The translations under genes were made by a program, and so were the position numbers. DNA of 64,000 nucleotides from an uncultured Acidimicrobiia bacterium (GTDB lineage: Bacteria > Actinomycetota > Acidimicrobiia > Spongiisociales > JAENVV01). The notes under the pieces are model-generated. The model saw only the letters and a list, made by a program, of their open reading frames with translations. It did not search any database and was not told the DNA's origin. The first letter of the stretch is position 1, and each line of letters starts with the position of its first letter. Shown piece by piece: positions 49,453 to 58,443 of this stretch. The stretch is taken from positions 131,993 to 195,992 of the forward strand of contig CAVVWO010000002.1 of assembly GCA_963752075.1 (NCBI GenBank), written 5' to 3'.

Positions 49453-49947
49453 CTAGGCGGAGAGGGGTTTCTCCAGCAGCATGGTGTCCCAATACCGGCC
49501 GAGCTTGAAACCGGCCTCGGTGAGCACCCCGGCGGTCCGGTAACCGAGCTTGTGGTGCAGCGCCACCGAGGCCACGTTGGGGAGAGCGACGATGGCGATC
49601 GCCCGGTGAACGCCCTGATCGGTGATCCGATCCAACAGGGCAGACAACAGCGCTGTTCCCGCCCCTGCACCAAGATGATCTTGGTCGACGACGACGGTGG
49701 TCTCCATGGTGGAGCGGTAGGCCGGCTTGGCCCGGTACCAACTCGAGTAGGCCACGCCGACCACCGTGCCGTCGGTCTCGCCGACCAAGCACGAGAGCTC
49801 AGGATCACGCGCCTGCCACCATGCTCGACACGCGGCAGGATCAAAGGGTGTCGTGTCGAAGGACACGTGGTTGTCCACGATCGTCCAGTTGTAGATGGCA
49901 TTGATACGTCCGAAGTCAGAGGTTCTCGCCTCACGGATGGATGTCAT
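49453..49947 (-). CDS. GNAT N-acetyltransferase (phosphinothricin acetyltransferase-like)
   Basis: IREARTSDFGRINAIYNWTIVDNHVSFDTTP..., acetyl-CoA site HLGAGAGTALLSAL and HHKLGY. AGGGAGGAG precedes the ATG. Confidence 0.85.
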   Translation of the reverse strand: MTSIREARTSDFGRINAIYNWTIVDNHVSFDTTPFDPAACRAWWQARDPELSCLVGETDGTVVGVAYSSWYRAKPAYRSTMETTVVVDQDHLGAGAGTALLSALLDRITDQGVHRAIAIVALPNVASVALHHKLGYRTAGVLTEAGFKLGRYWDTMLLEKPLSA

Positions 49948-50022
49948 GTCGCTCCTCCCTCCTGGTCGAACGATACCGCCGCCGGTTGTCCGTCTCCGGG
50001 AGGGATCCGATACAGTTGGGGC

Positions 50023-51521
50023 GTGGAAAAACTCATCGAACTGCAACCGGGCACCCCCGTGGTGTTCGGCGGAAACCGTGTAACCACCATTCCCGATGAA
50101 CTGGCCGCCGCCTTCGTCGCCGGCGACCGACTCGTCATCGTCCAGGACACGGGCGCTCTCCTCCACATCCCTGCCGATGTGTGGGACCTGGCGACCGGCG
50201 CGGTCGACCGTGCCGCGTTCGCCTTTTCGGCGATGGGCGGCGTCACCGACGACCAGATCACCGGTTTCTATCACGCCTTCGCCGATCGCCTCGCCGACGA
50301 TGCCCTCTTCGCTCCGATCGCCCAGGCCAACGCCCAAGACGTCGAGAGGGCCCGAGCGTGGGTCGTTCTGTGACGCGACTCGTGCTCAGTCAGAAGATGC
50401 GATCCGACATGATCGACGGACTGCGCGGGTGGGCGAAGGCGGATTCGGTGCGGAACCGGAGCATCGAGCAGATCACCCATGAAGGATGGTCCGTCGACTT
50501 GCTGATGGCTGGTCTCGGTCCGGTCGGTTTCGTTTTCGAAGGTCGCCCCAACGTCTTTGCTGACGCAACCGGGGTGCTCCGCGCCGGCAACACCGTGGTG
50601 TTCCGCATCGGGTCCGATGCACTCGGAACCGCCGAGGCCATCGTCGAGCACGCCCTCGATCCCGCTCTCGCTTCGGCCGGATTGCCCGACGGGGCGGTGT
50701 CTCTGGTGGCGTCGGCGGCGAGATCTGCGGGGTGGGCGATGTTCTCGCATCCTGGGCTTGCCCTCGCCGTGGCTCGCGGCTCGGGAGCGGCAGTTTCACA
50801 GCTCGGCTCGGTGGCACGCCAGGCCGGCATCCCTGTCAGCCTCCACGGAACGGGCGGCGCTTGGATCGTGGCCGGCCCGGCGGCAGATCCCAACGTCCTC
50901 TCCCGGGCTGTCTACCACTCGCTCGATCGCAAGGTGTGCAACACCCTCGACACCCTGTGCGTCACCTCAGACCGGGTCGAGGACCTCGTCCCGGTGTTTC
51001 TCGAGGCGCTGCTCGAGTCAGGTGCGCGGCTGGGCACGAGCCCCAAGCTCCATGTCGCGGAGGGAAGCGAGTCCGCCGTGCCGGCCGACTGGTTCTCCCG
51101 GAGCGTCCCCATCGCTCGAGCGCAAGGGGCAGTGGATGAGCCCCAGGCCGAGCTGATCTCAACCGACCTTCTCGGCGTCGAATGGGAGTGGGAGCAGAGC
51201 CCGGAGGTCACCCTGAAGGTGGTGGCGTCGCTCGACGAAGCCATCGACCTGTTCAACACCCAGAGCCCTCGGTTCGCCGCCTCGCTGATCTCGACATCAG
51301 ACGAAGAGCACGAGCACTTCTTCAACCGGATCGATTCACCCTTCGTCGGCAATGGCTTCACGCGCTGGGTCGATGGTCAGTATGCACTCAGCCGTCCCGA
51401 GCTGGGCCTCTCCAACTGGCAGTTCGGCCGGCTTTTCGGGCGCGGCGGAGTGTTGAGCGGCGACAGCGTCTACACCGTCCGCACCAGGGTGACGCAGACG
51501 GACCCAGACATCGGCCGCTAG
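50023..51521 (+). pseudogene. glutamate-5-semialdehyde dehydrogenase (ProA)-like aldehyde dehydrogenase; frameshift near 50359 as assembled
   Basis: ANAQDVERARA/GRSVTRLVLSQKM spans two frames. Also GFVFEGRPNVFADATGVLRAGNTVVFRIGS, catalytic KVCNTLDTL and FVGNGFTRWVDG. No proB is adjacent. Confidence 0.8.
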
Positions 51522-51660
51522 CGGTACCGGCACTCCAGCCGCCTTCGGATCTAGTGGGTCAGCGGCCGGACATTATGGTGCCGTACCCGCCGAGTTCTGC
51601 TCGCGTTCGAATTTGTCGCGGACCCAGGCCGTGCCAGGAGGGCGGGGTGACCTCCGCAGG

Positions 51661-51680
51661 CTGGGTGGCGCTCCACCCAG
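51661..51680 (+). other. perfect 8-bp hairpin in the proA-like/rfbF intergenic region
   Basis: CTGGGTGG-cgct-CCACCCAG. Function unknown; it could be a terminator or a 5'-UTR element. Confidence 0.3.
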
Positions 51681-51696
51681 GGGCAGTTGGGTCGGT

Positions 51697-51705
51697 TGCT
51701 ATACT
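51697..51705 (+). promoter_or_regulatory. candidate extended -10 promoter element for the dideoxyhexose operon
   Basis: TGCTATACT (TGn + TATACT), 39 nt upstream of the rfbF ATG. No clear -35 element. Confidence 0.3.
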
Positions 51706-51743
51706 GTCGCCCGTTCACGCCGGCACACCAGAGGAGTCAGCCG

Positions 51744-52523
51744 ATGAAAACCGTCCTTCTGGCCGGCGGTTTCGGAACACGGCTTTCTGAAGAGACGTCG
51801 GTCCGTCCCAAGCCAATGATCGAGATCGGTGGCATCCCGATCCTGGTCCACGTGATGCGGGGCTACGCCTCATACGGTCACGAGGATTTCATCGTGGCTT
51901 GCGGATTCATGGGCAACGCCATCAAGGACTACTTCGCTCGCTTTCACCTCCACCTGGCCGATTTCACGGTCGATCTCGCCCAAGGAACAACCGATCTCCT
52001 CGGCCCGCCACCCGTCGATTGGAAGGTCACGCTCGTAGACACCGGACTACACACGATGACGGGAGGCCGGATAGCCCGGCTGAAGGATCATCTGACGAGC
52101 ACCTTCATGCTCACGTATGGCGACGGTCTCGCCGATGTCGACCTGGACGCCTTGTTGGCGTTCCACAAGAGCCATGGGAAGCTCGCCACGGTCACCGCGG
52201 TCCGCCCTCCCGCCCGTTTCGGCAGCCTGGTTCTCGACGCGGATCGACAAGTGACGGCATTCGAAGAGAAAGTCTCGAGTTCGGAAACGCTCATCAACGG
52301 TGGGTTCTTCGTTCTCGAACCCGAAGTGATCGACTACATCGAACGAGACGATCAGCCTTTTGAGAGAGCTCCTCTCGAACGCCTGGCAAGTGATGGCCAA
52401 CTCAGTGCCTACATCCACGAGGGCTTCTGGAAACCGATGGACACACTTCGCGACAAGCGCGAGCTGGAAGGCTTGTGGGAAACCGGCGATGCGCCGTGGG
52501 CCACCCGGTGGCTGGCGGAGTGA
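51744..52523 (+). CDS. rfbF: glucose-1-phosphate cytidylyltransferase
   Basis: MKTVLLAGGFGTRLSEETSVRPKPMIEIGG.PIL, TGGRI, GDGLADVD, FWKPMDTLRDK. Confidence 0.95.
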   Translation: MKTVLLAGGFGTRLSEETSVRPKPMIEIGGIPILVHVMRGYASYGHEDFIVACGFMGNAIKDYFARFHLHLADFTVDLAQGTTDLLGPPPVDWKVTLVDTGLHTMTGGRIARLKDHLTSTFMLTYGDGLADVDLDALLAFHKSHGKLATVTAVRPPARFGSLVLDADRQVTAFEEKVSSSETLINGGFFVLEPEVIDYIERDDQPFERAPLERLASDGQLSAYIHEGFWKPMDTLRDKRELEGLWETGDAPWATRWLAE

Positions 52524-53635
52524 GGGAAGTCAACGATTTCCGAGGCGCCGCCTGGCTCGACAGTTTCGCGGGCCGGCGTGTGTTCCTCACCGGACACACC
52601 GGTTTCGTCGGGTCCTGGACCGCCGCTTGGCTACATGGGCTGGGCGCCGAGGTGGCCGGTTACGCCCTTGCTCCGGACTCTGCCCAAGCACCCCTCCATG
52701 AGATCATCGAGCCGAGGGTGGTGTTTGCGGCCTCGACCTACGGTGACCTGGCCGATCTCGATCGCTTGGAGAACGCCTTGGCAGACTTCGAGCCGGACAT
52801 CGTCCTGCACCTTGCGGCGCAGCCCCTGGTTCGTCCCTCCTACCAGTCACCGCGGGAGACGTTCGAGACCAACGTCATGGGAACGGTGAATCTCCTCGAA
52901 GTCGTTCGCCGTCACCCGGACACCGCGGCATGCGTGGTGATCACGAGTGACAAATGTTACGAGAACGCAGAGCAGATCTGGGCGTATCGAGAAACCGACC
53001 AAGTCGGCGGTCGCGACCCCTACTCGGCCTCAAAAGGTGCCGCCGAGATCGTCACCTCGAGCTATGCCCGTTCCTTCTTTTCAAACGCCGGAGGCACGGC
53101 TTGTGCATCGGCACGGGCGGGCAACATCATCGGCGGCGGGGACTTCGCACTCGACCGCTTGGTCCCTGATCTGGTGCGTGCCGTCGAGGCTGCGGAGCCT
53201 ATCGTCATTCGGAACCCTGGAGCCGTCCGCCCTTGGCAACACGTCCTGGAATCGGTCAGCGGGTACCTCCGCCTCGCCGCCGCTCTGTACGAGGACCGCC
53301 AGGAATATGCGGGGGGATGGAATTTCGGACCCGAACGCGGGGCGGCCATCACGGTCGCCGAACTCGTGGCGGTAGCCTCGGAGCGATTGGGCTCCAACTG
53401 GCCGGGCATCGTCCAGGATGCGGAGCCGGGACCCCATGAGGCGCGGCTCCTCAGCCTCGACACCAGCAAAGCTGCCACGTACCTCGGATGGGAGCCTGTG
53501 TTGGACGTGGAGCGGCGGGTCGCCATGACCTTCGATTGGTATCTGCACTTCCTGACCGACGAGCACGACATGGCCGCATTGACCAGGGATCAGATCCACC
53601 AGTTCCAGGCGCACCTCGTCGGCGCCGGCGGCTAG
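52520..53635 (+). CDS. rfbG: CDP-glucose 4,6-dehydratase
   Basis: VFLTGHTGFVGSW, HLAAQPLVR.SY, ITSDKCYEN, PYSASKGAAE, RAGNIIGGGD, RPWQHVLE. GTGA overlap with rfbF. Confidence 0.93.
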   Translation: MREVNDFRGAAWLDSFAGRRVFLTGHTGFVGSWTAAWLHGLGAEVAGYALAPDSAQAPLHEIIEPRVVFAASTYGDLADLDRLENALADFEPDIVLHLAAQPLVRPSYQSPRETFETNVMGTVNLLEVVRRHPDTAACVVITSDKCYENAEQIWAYRETDQVGGRDPYSASKGAAEIVTSSYARSFFSNAGGTACASARAGNIIGGGDFALDRLVPDLVRAVEAAEPIVIRNPGAVRPWQHVLESVSGYLRLAAALYEDRQEYAGGWNFGPERGAAITVAELVAVASERLGSNWPGIVQDAEPGPHEARLLSLDTSKAATYLGWEPVLDVERRVAMTFDWYLHFLTDEHDMAALTRDQIHQFQAHLVGAGG

Positions 53636-53644
53636 GCGCAAGTC

Positions 53645-54541
53645 ATGGCCGGGCTTCGCAGCGCGCTCATCACGGGCGGGACCGGGTTCTTGGGACGGCA
53701 ACTTTGTCAACGCCTCCTCGATGACGGATGCGCTGTTTCGGTCCTCACCCGGCCATCGACCTCAGCGGCGTCTGTGGCGTCGCAGGCCGAGGAGGTCTCC
53801 ATTCCGGACGACTTCGCCGACCTCGTTCGGGCGGTGCGGCAAAGGGAACCCGATGTGGTCTTTCATCTGGCTTCCCAAGGTGGCGCGTCGCACGAAACGG
53901 CCGACATCCCAGGTCTCATCGAAGCGAACGTGACCCTCGGGTGCGCCCTGCTCGAGGCCTGCCGCGACACTCCCAGCCGATTCGTCGGGGTCGGAAGTTT
54001 CTGGCAACACTCTCAGCCGGAGGGTGGAGTCCATCCCAACTCCCTCTACACGGCCACCAAGCAGGCTTTGGAAGACATCTCGGTGTTCTACCGAGAGGTG
54101 GCCGGGGTTCGAGCCGTCATCCTGAAACCGTACGACATCTACGGACCTGGCGACTCTCGCCGCCGGCTTCTCCAGATCCTCGCCACCGCGTCGGTTGAAG
54201 GCTCGGAGATCGACGCCACGTCCGGGGAGCAAATCGTCAGCTTCGTCCACGTTCGGGACGTCGTCGAGGCCCTCATCGTCGCCGCCCATGCCACCGCTGC
54301 CGGGGATCTCGAGTCCGCCTACGCCGTCCGAGGCCCCGAAACCGGCCCGCTCCGCCAGATCATCGAGAAACTCGACGCAGACCTGGAACTTGGGCTGGAG
54401 GTAGCGTGGGGCGCTCGTCCGTATCGACCGAATGAGGTGATGGACCCGGCCGAACTCCCTTCACTGAGGGGTTGGCAACCGGCCATTAGGCTTTCCGAAG
54501 GATTCAAGGAGCTTCTCGAAGATGCGCGTCAACGAAAGTAA
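53645..54541 (+). CDS. NAD(P)-dependent SDR, putative CDP-4-keto-3,6-dideoxyhexose reductase (RfbS/RfbJ-like)
   Basis: ALITGGTGFLGRQL, YTATK catalytic motif, about 300 aa. The function is inferred from operon context. Confidence 0.8.
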   Translation: MAGLRSALITGGTGFLGRQLCQRLLDDGCAVSVLTRPSTSAASVASQAEEVSIPDDFADLVRAVRQREPDVVFHLASQGGASHETADIPGLIEANVTLGCALLEACRDTPSRFVGVGSFWQHSQPEGGVHPNSLYTATKQALEDISVFYREVAGVRAVILKPYDIYGPGDSRRRLLQILATASVEGSEIDATSGEQIVSFVHVRDVVEALIVAAHATAAGDLESAYAVRGPETGPLRQIIEKLDADLELGLEVAWGARPYRPNEVMDPAELPSLRGWQPAIRLSEGFKELLEDARQRK

Positions 54542-55592
54542 CTCGCCACCGGTCGTCGTCTCGATCGTCGTTCCGGCTCTCAACGAGGAGGCGAATCTCG
54601 GTGCGCTGTATGAGCGGGTCACGACCGTGTTTCAAGGGTTGGGTGCGGACTACGACTTCGAGCTCGTGATCACTGACAACCACTCGAGTGACGACACCTT
54701 CGGGGTGGCGAGGTCTTTGGCCGATCGGGATCCCCGAGTTCGCGTCTACAGGTTCGCCAAGAACTTCGGTTACCAACGTTCGATCTACACGGCCTACCTG
54801 TTGGCGCACGGCGACGTTGCCGTGCAACTCGATGCCGACCTGCAGGATCCGCCCGAGTTGATCCCCAAGATGCTCTCGCTGTGGTCCGAGCAGGCCGCGA
54901 TGGTCGTGTACGGCGTCCGCAAGAAGAGGGAAGGTGACACCAGAGCGTTGAGCCTCATCAGGCGGGTCTTCTATCGGTTCGTCAACTGGCTGAGCGAAGA
55001 TGAACTGCCCTACGACGCCGGAGATTTTCGGCTCATCGACCGTGCCGTCATCGAGATCCTCCGCTCGAGCCAGGACGCCACGCCCTACATCCGAGGGGCA
55101 GTCGCGGCTAGCGGGTTTCACCAAATGGGAATCGAGTACGAGCGAGATCGCCGGGTGGCAGGCGAAAGCAAGTTCAATTGGGGAAGCATGGTGCGACTGG
55201 CTGCCGATGGGATCATGAACCACTCGGTCAAGCCACTCCAGTTCGCCAGTGTCTCGGCAATGGTCATCAGTGCGGTCGCTGCAATCTCCATCATCTCCTA
55301 CGCGCTTGGCCGGCTGGCGTTCGGCCAGGACTGGCCGGCGGGATTCGCGTCCCTCGCCCTTCTCCAGATGATCGGCATCCTCCTCAACGCCGTCTTTCTG
55401 GGCATCATCGGAGCGTATGTGGGCCGCATGTACAAGCAGCTGAAACCCGGACCGTTCGTCATCATCCAAACCAGTACCGATCCTCAGATGGATGAGACCA
55501 TCCTCTCGGCGCAACCGGGACTTCGCCATCACCGACTGCGGACCACAGAAGACCGGTTGATGCCCGACGATGTACGGGAGGAGGCAGAATGA
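54522..55592 (+). CDS. GT2 polyprenyl-phosphate glycosyltransferase (GtrB/ArnC/DPM1-like)
   Basis: VSIVVPALNEE, ITDNHSSDDT, QLDADLQDPPE, DAGDFRLIDR, and two C-terminal TM helices (ASVSAMVISAVAAISIISY, LALLQMIGILLNAVFLGIIGAYV). Confidence 0.88.
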   Translation: MRVNESNSPPVVVSIVVPALNEEANLGALYERVTTVFQGLGADYDFELVITDNHSSDDTFGVARSLADRDPRVRVYRFAKNFGYQRSIYTAYLLAHGDVAVQLDADLQDPPELIPKMLSLWSEQAAMVVYGVRKKREGDTRALSLIRRVFYRFVNWLSEDELPYDAGDFRLIDRAVIEILRSSQDATPYIRGAVAASGFHQMGIEYERDRRVAGESKFNWGSMVRLAADGIMNHSVKPLQFASVSAMVISAVAAISIISYALGRLAFGQDWPAGFASLALLQMIGILLNAVFLGIIGAYVGRMYKQLKPGPFVIIQTSTDPQMDETILSAQPGLRHHRLRTTEDRLMPDDVREEAE

Positions 55593-56929
55593 CGGACGAT
55601 CTTCGATCGGAGATCCTCGAACTCACACGCCGGTTTGCCGAACAGCAGCCCGTTGCGAAGTTCGTGCCTGGGGAGACCTACATACCGGTCTCGGGCAAGG
55701 TCATGGAACCGGACGACTACGTGTCATTGGTCGACGCCAGCTTGGATATGTGGCTCACGGCCGGTCGGTTCGCAGGCCGGCTGGAACGCGACCTGGCCGA
55801 CCGGTGGGGTTCTCGATACGCCAAGCTCACGGTCTCGGGTTCGGCGGCCAACCTGCTCGCCTTCACGACGTTCACCTCACCCAAGATGGACGAGGAGCGT
55901 CGGATCCGCCCCGGGTCGGAGGTGATCACGGTCGCTGCCGGTTTCCCGACCACCGTCACACCGATCGTGCAGAACGGCTGCCTCCCCGTCTTCGTCGACG
56001 TGGACGTCGCCACCCACAACGTGAATGTCGACCTTCTCGAGGAGGCCATCACCGACAAGACGCGAGCCGTGATGATCGCGCATTCCCTCGGGAACCCGTT
56101 CGACGTGAGACGGGTCGCCGACCTCTGTCGCCAGCACGGTCTGGTGCTCATCGAGGATTGTTGCGACGCCTTCGGAGCCACCGTCGGAGGACAACACGTC
56201 GGCACCTTCGGAGACGCAGCGACCATCAGCTTCTACCCAGCGCACCACATCACCATGGGAGAGGGTGGGGCTGTGATGCTCAACGACCGCGAGGTGGCTC
56301 GGATCACCGAGTCGTTCCGCGACTGGGGCCGCGATTGCTACTGCAAGCCAGGCCTCGACAACACCTGCAAGAAGCGGTTCGATTGGATCCTCGGGGACCT
56401 GCCACACGGCTACGACCACAAGTACACGTACAGCCACATCGGATACAACCTGAAAGTGACCGACATGCAGGCGGCGGTGGGACTGTCTCAGCTCGCCAAG
56501 CTGGACCGGTTCATTGCGGCGCGTCGTGCGAACTTCGAGAAGTTGGAAACCCGGATCACCGAGACCGGGCTCGCTGAGTACTTCCATCTTCCGCAGGCCA
56601 CACCCGGCACCGAACCAAGTTGGTTTGGCTATCTCCTCACCGTCCGCGACGGGAGCAGGCTCGACCGCAATGAGATCGTTCGCCGGCTCGAAACACGGAA
56701 GGTCGGAACTCGCCTCCTGTTCGCCGGCAACCTGACTCGCCAACCTGCCTTCGAGAACGTGGAGTATCGCGTTCACGGCGACCTGACGCACACCGACAAG
56801 ATCATGAGCGATTCCTTCTGGCTCGGAGTCTGGCCCGGAATCGACGATGCCCGTATCGACTACATGGTCGAGTCGCTGCAAGCCATCGTCGGTGAGCTTC
56901 TCGACACCGCCGTCGATGCATCGACCTGA
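55589..56929 (+). CDS. rfbH: CDP-6-deoxy-L-threo-D-glycero-4-hexulose-3-dehydrase (E1; RfbH/DdhC/AscC)
   Basis: DegT-family fold with FYPAHHITMGEGG (His at the usual Schiff-base Lys position) and the Cys pattern C-x57-C-x-C-x7-C (DCC...RDCYCKPGLDNTC). ATGA overlap with the GT2 stop. Confidence 0.93.
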   Translation: MTDDLRSEILELTRRFAEQQPVAKFVPGETYIPVSGKVMEPDDYVSLVDASLDMWLTAGRFAGRLERDLADRWGSRYAKLTVSGSAANLLAFTTFTSPKMDEERRIRPGSEVITVAAGFPTTVTPIVQNGCLPVFVDVDVATHNVNVDLLEEAITDKTRAVMIAHSLGNPFDVRRVADLCRQHGLVLIEDCCDAFGATVGGQHVGTFGDAATISFYPAHHITMGEGGAVMLNDREVARITESFRDWGRDCYCKPGLDNTCKKRFDWILGDLPHGYDHKYTYSHIGYNLKVTDMQAAVGLSQLAKLDRFIAARRANFEKLETRITETGLAEYFHLPQATPGTEPSWFGYLLTVRDGSRLDRNEIVRRLETRKVGTRLLFAGNLTRQPAFENVEYRVHGDLTHTDKIMSDSFWLGVWPGIDDARIDYMVESLQAIVGELLDTAVDAST

Positions 56930-58394
56930 CCGAATCGCCTCCCTGAAGAGCCGCGTCTCGCCGGTTGGAGTGGCGCTGGGAGCGGCAGCCGCCGTCCGCC
57001 TCGCTTACTTCTTCTCCTTCGCCCGATTCGTCGACGTGTCTGGCGACGAGTGGTTCAACTTCGATCGTTCTGCCGACATTCTGAACCTCATCGGCATCGA
57101 CAAGCTCGACGGCAGGAGCTTCGATGCTTCTGTAGCAGCGATCATCGATCGTGGTTGGTTCATGCCTGGAATGAGCATGCTTCTCGCTCCGGTGAGGGCT
57201 TTCACCGATAGTCTCCCTGCCGCCCGGATGTACATCGGGACCATCAACCTCTTGTTGCTCGCGACCATCGTGTTCATGGTCACGCGCCGATTCGGACGGC
57301 GGTCCGGTCTCATCACGGCCGTTATGGGGGGCATCTTTCCGGCGATGGTGGTGTTCTCTTTCACTTTCTGGGGCGAAATGCTCGCCGGCCAGCTGGTCGC
57401 CGTGAGTTTCCTGCTGCTCCTCGATCTCTCAGACCAACCGGAATGGGGGAAGGGTTCGCTGCGTCGGTGGGCGCTGGTCGCCACGTTGTTGTTGGTGGTG
57501 GTCTATCTCAGGCCGAGTCATCTCATTCTGGTGCCCGTCGCGCTGCTGCTGGTCGTGTTGTCCAACCTCCACAATCGACGGAAAGTGACAGAAGCGATCC
57601 GCGATTCGGTTGTACCCGCCCTCGTGATCATCGCGGTATTGGTCGTCGGAATCGCGCCTTGGTCCTACGTCCTTTCGTCCCACAAGGACGGATTCTTTCT
57701 GACCACCACGACCATCGAGTTGAACCTCATCGTGAGCTTCGGCCTACCCGAGGACGTCAAGGGCGTGCCGGACAGCGGCAACCCATATGCCTCATGGGAC
57801 GATTGGGTCGAGGCGGAGAGCACCCGCCTTGGTGAGCCATACGGCGAGGTCCTCACCGCAGAGCGGAAGAGGGTCCTGTCGGAAGTCGATTTCGCGCACT
57901 ATCGAGACACCGTTCAGGAACAGTTGATCGAGTTCTATTTGTTGGAGAATCAATTCTTCAATCGATTTGCTCGCAGCGCGATGGACAACCCAGCCGCTCT
58001 CGACATCACCACAACGCGAGGGCTCCATTCGGCGATTCGAGACATCAACACGGTGATGTGGCGCATCATGCTCGTCTTCGGCTTGGTACTCCTCGTGGTC
58101 CCGCTCTCGGCCAAGAAGCAGAACTGGTGGCCGGCGTTAATCTTCAAGGCCACCTTCATCGGTCTGTCCATTCAACCTTTTGTATCCGTCGCCCATCCAA
58201 GGTATTTCTCCGGGTTGGCGTCCCTCCTCGTGGTTACGGTTGGGGCCGTCGCTACGGATAGGTTCCGGGCATTGGAGTTCGCCTGGGCTGACAGACTCGA
58301 GGACTTGACCGCGGGCGAGAAGGGCGTGCTACTGGCCCAGGCGGGGGCGGTGGTCATGGTCGTTGGGGCCGTCTTCCTCGTTGCGCCCCGATGA
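56916..58394 (+). CDS. polytopic membrane protein, putative GT-C-fold glycosyltransferase
   Basis: At least 10 TM helices. The first external loop carries VSGDEWFNFD, a DE motif as in the PMT/ArnT-type first loop, and a large soluble loop follows near residues 280-380. Lower GC than its neighbours by eye. Confidence 0.6.
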   Translation: MHRPDRIASLKSRVSPVGVALGAAAAVRLAYFFSFARFVDVSGDEWFNFDRSADILNLIGIDKLDGRSFDASVAAIIDRGWFMPGMSMLLAPVRAFTDSLPAARMYIGTINLLLLATIVFMVTRRFGRRSGLITAVMGGIFPAMVVFSFTFWGEMLAGQLVAVSFLLLLDLSDQPEWGKGSLRRWALVATLLLVVVYLRPSHLILVPVALLLVVLSNLHNRRKVTEAIRDSVVPALVIIAVLVVGIAPWSYVLSSHKDGFFLTTTTIELNLIVSFGLPEDVKGVPDSGNPYASWDDWVEAESTRLGEPYGEVLTAERKRVLSEVDFAHYRDTVQEQLIEFYLLENQFFNRFARSAMDNPAALDITTTRGLHSAIRDINTVMWRIMLVFGLVLLVVPLSAKKQNWWPALIFKATFIGLSIQPFVSVAHPRYFSGLASLLVVTVGAVATDRFRALEFAWADRLEDLTAGEKGVLLAQAGAVVMVVGAVFLVAPR

Positions 58395-58443
58395 CCAGAG
58401 CCGAGACAAAGCACGGCCGATCTACGGCGAGGTCGGCAGAACG

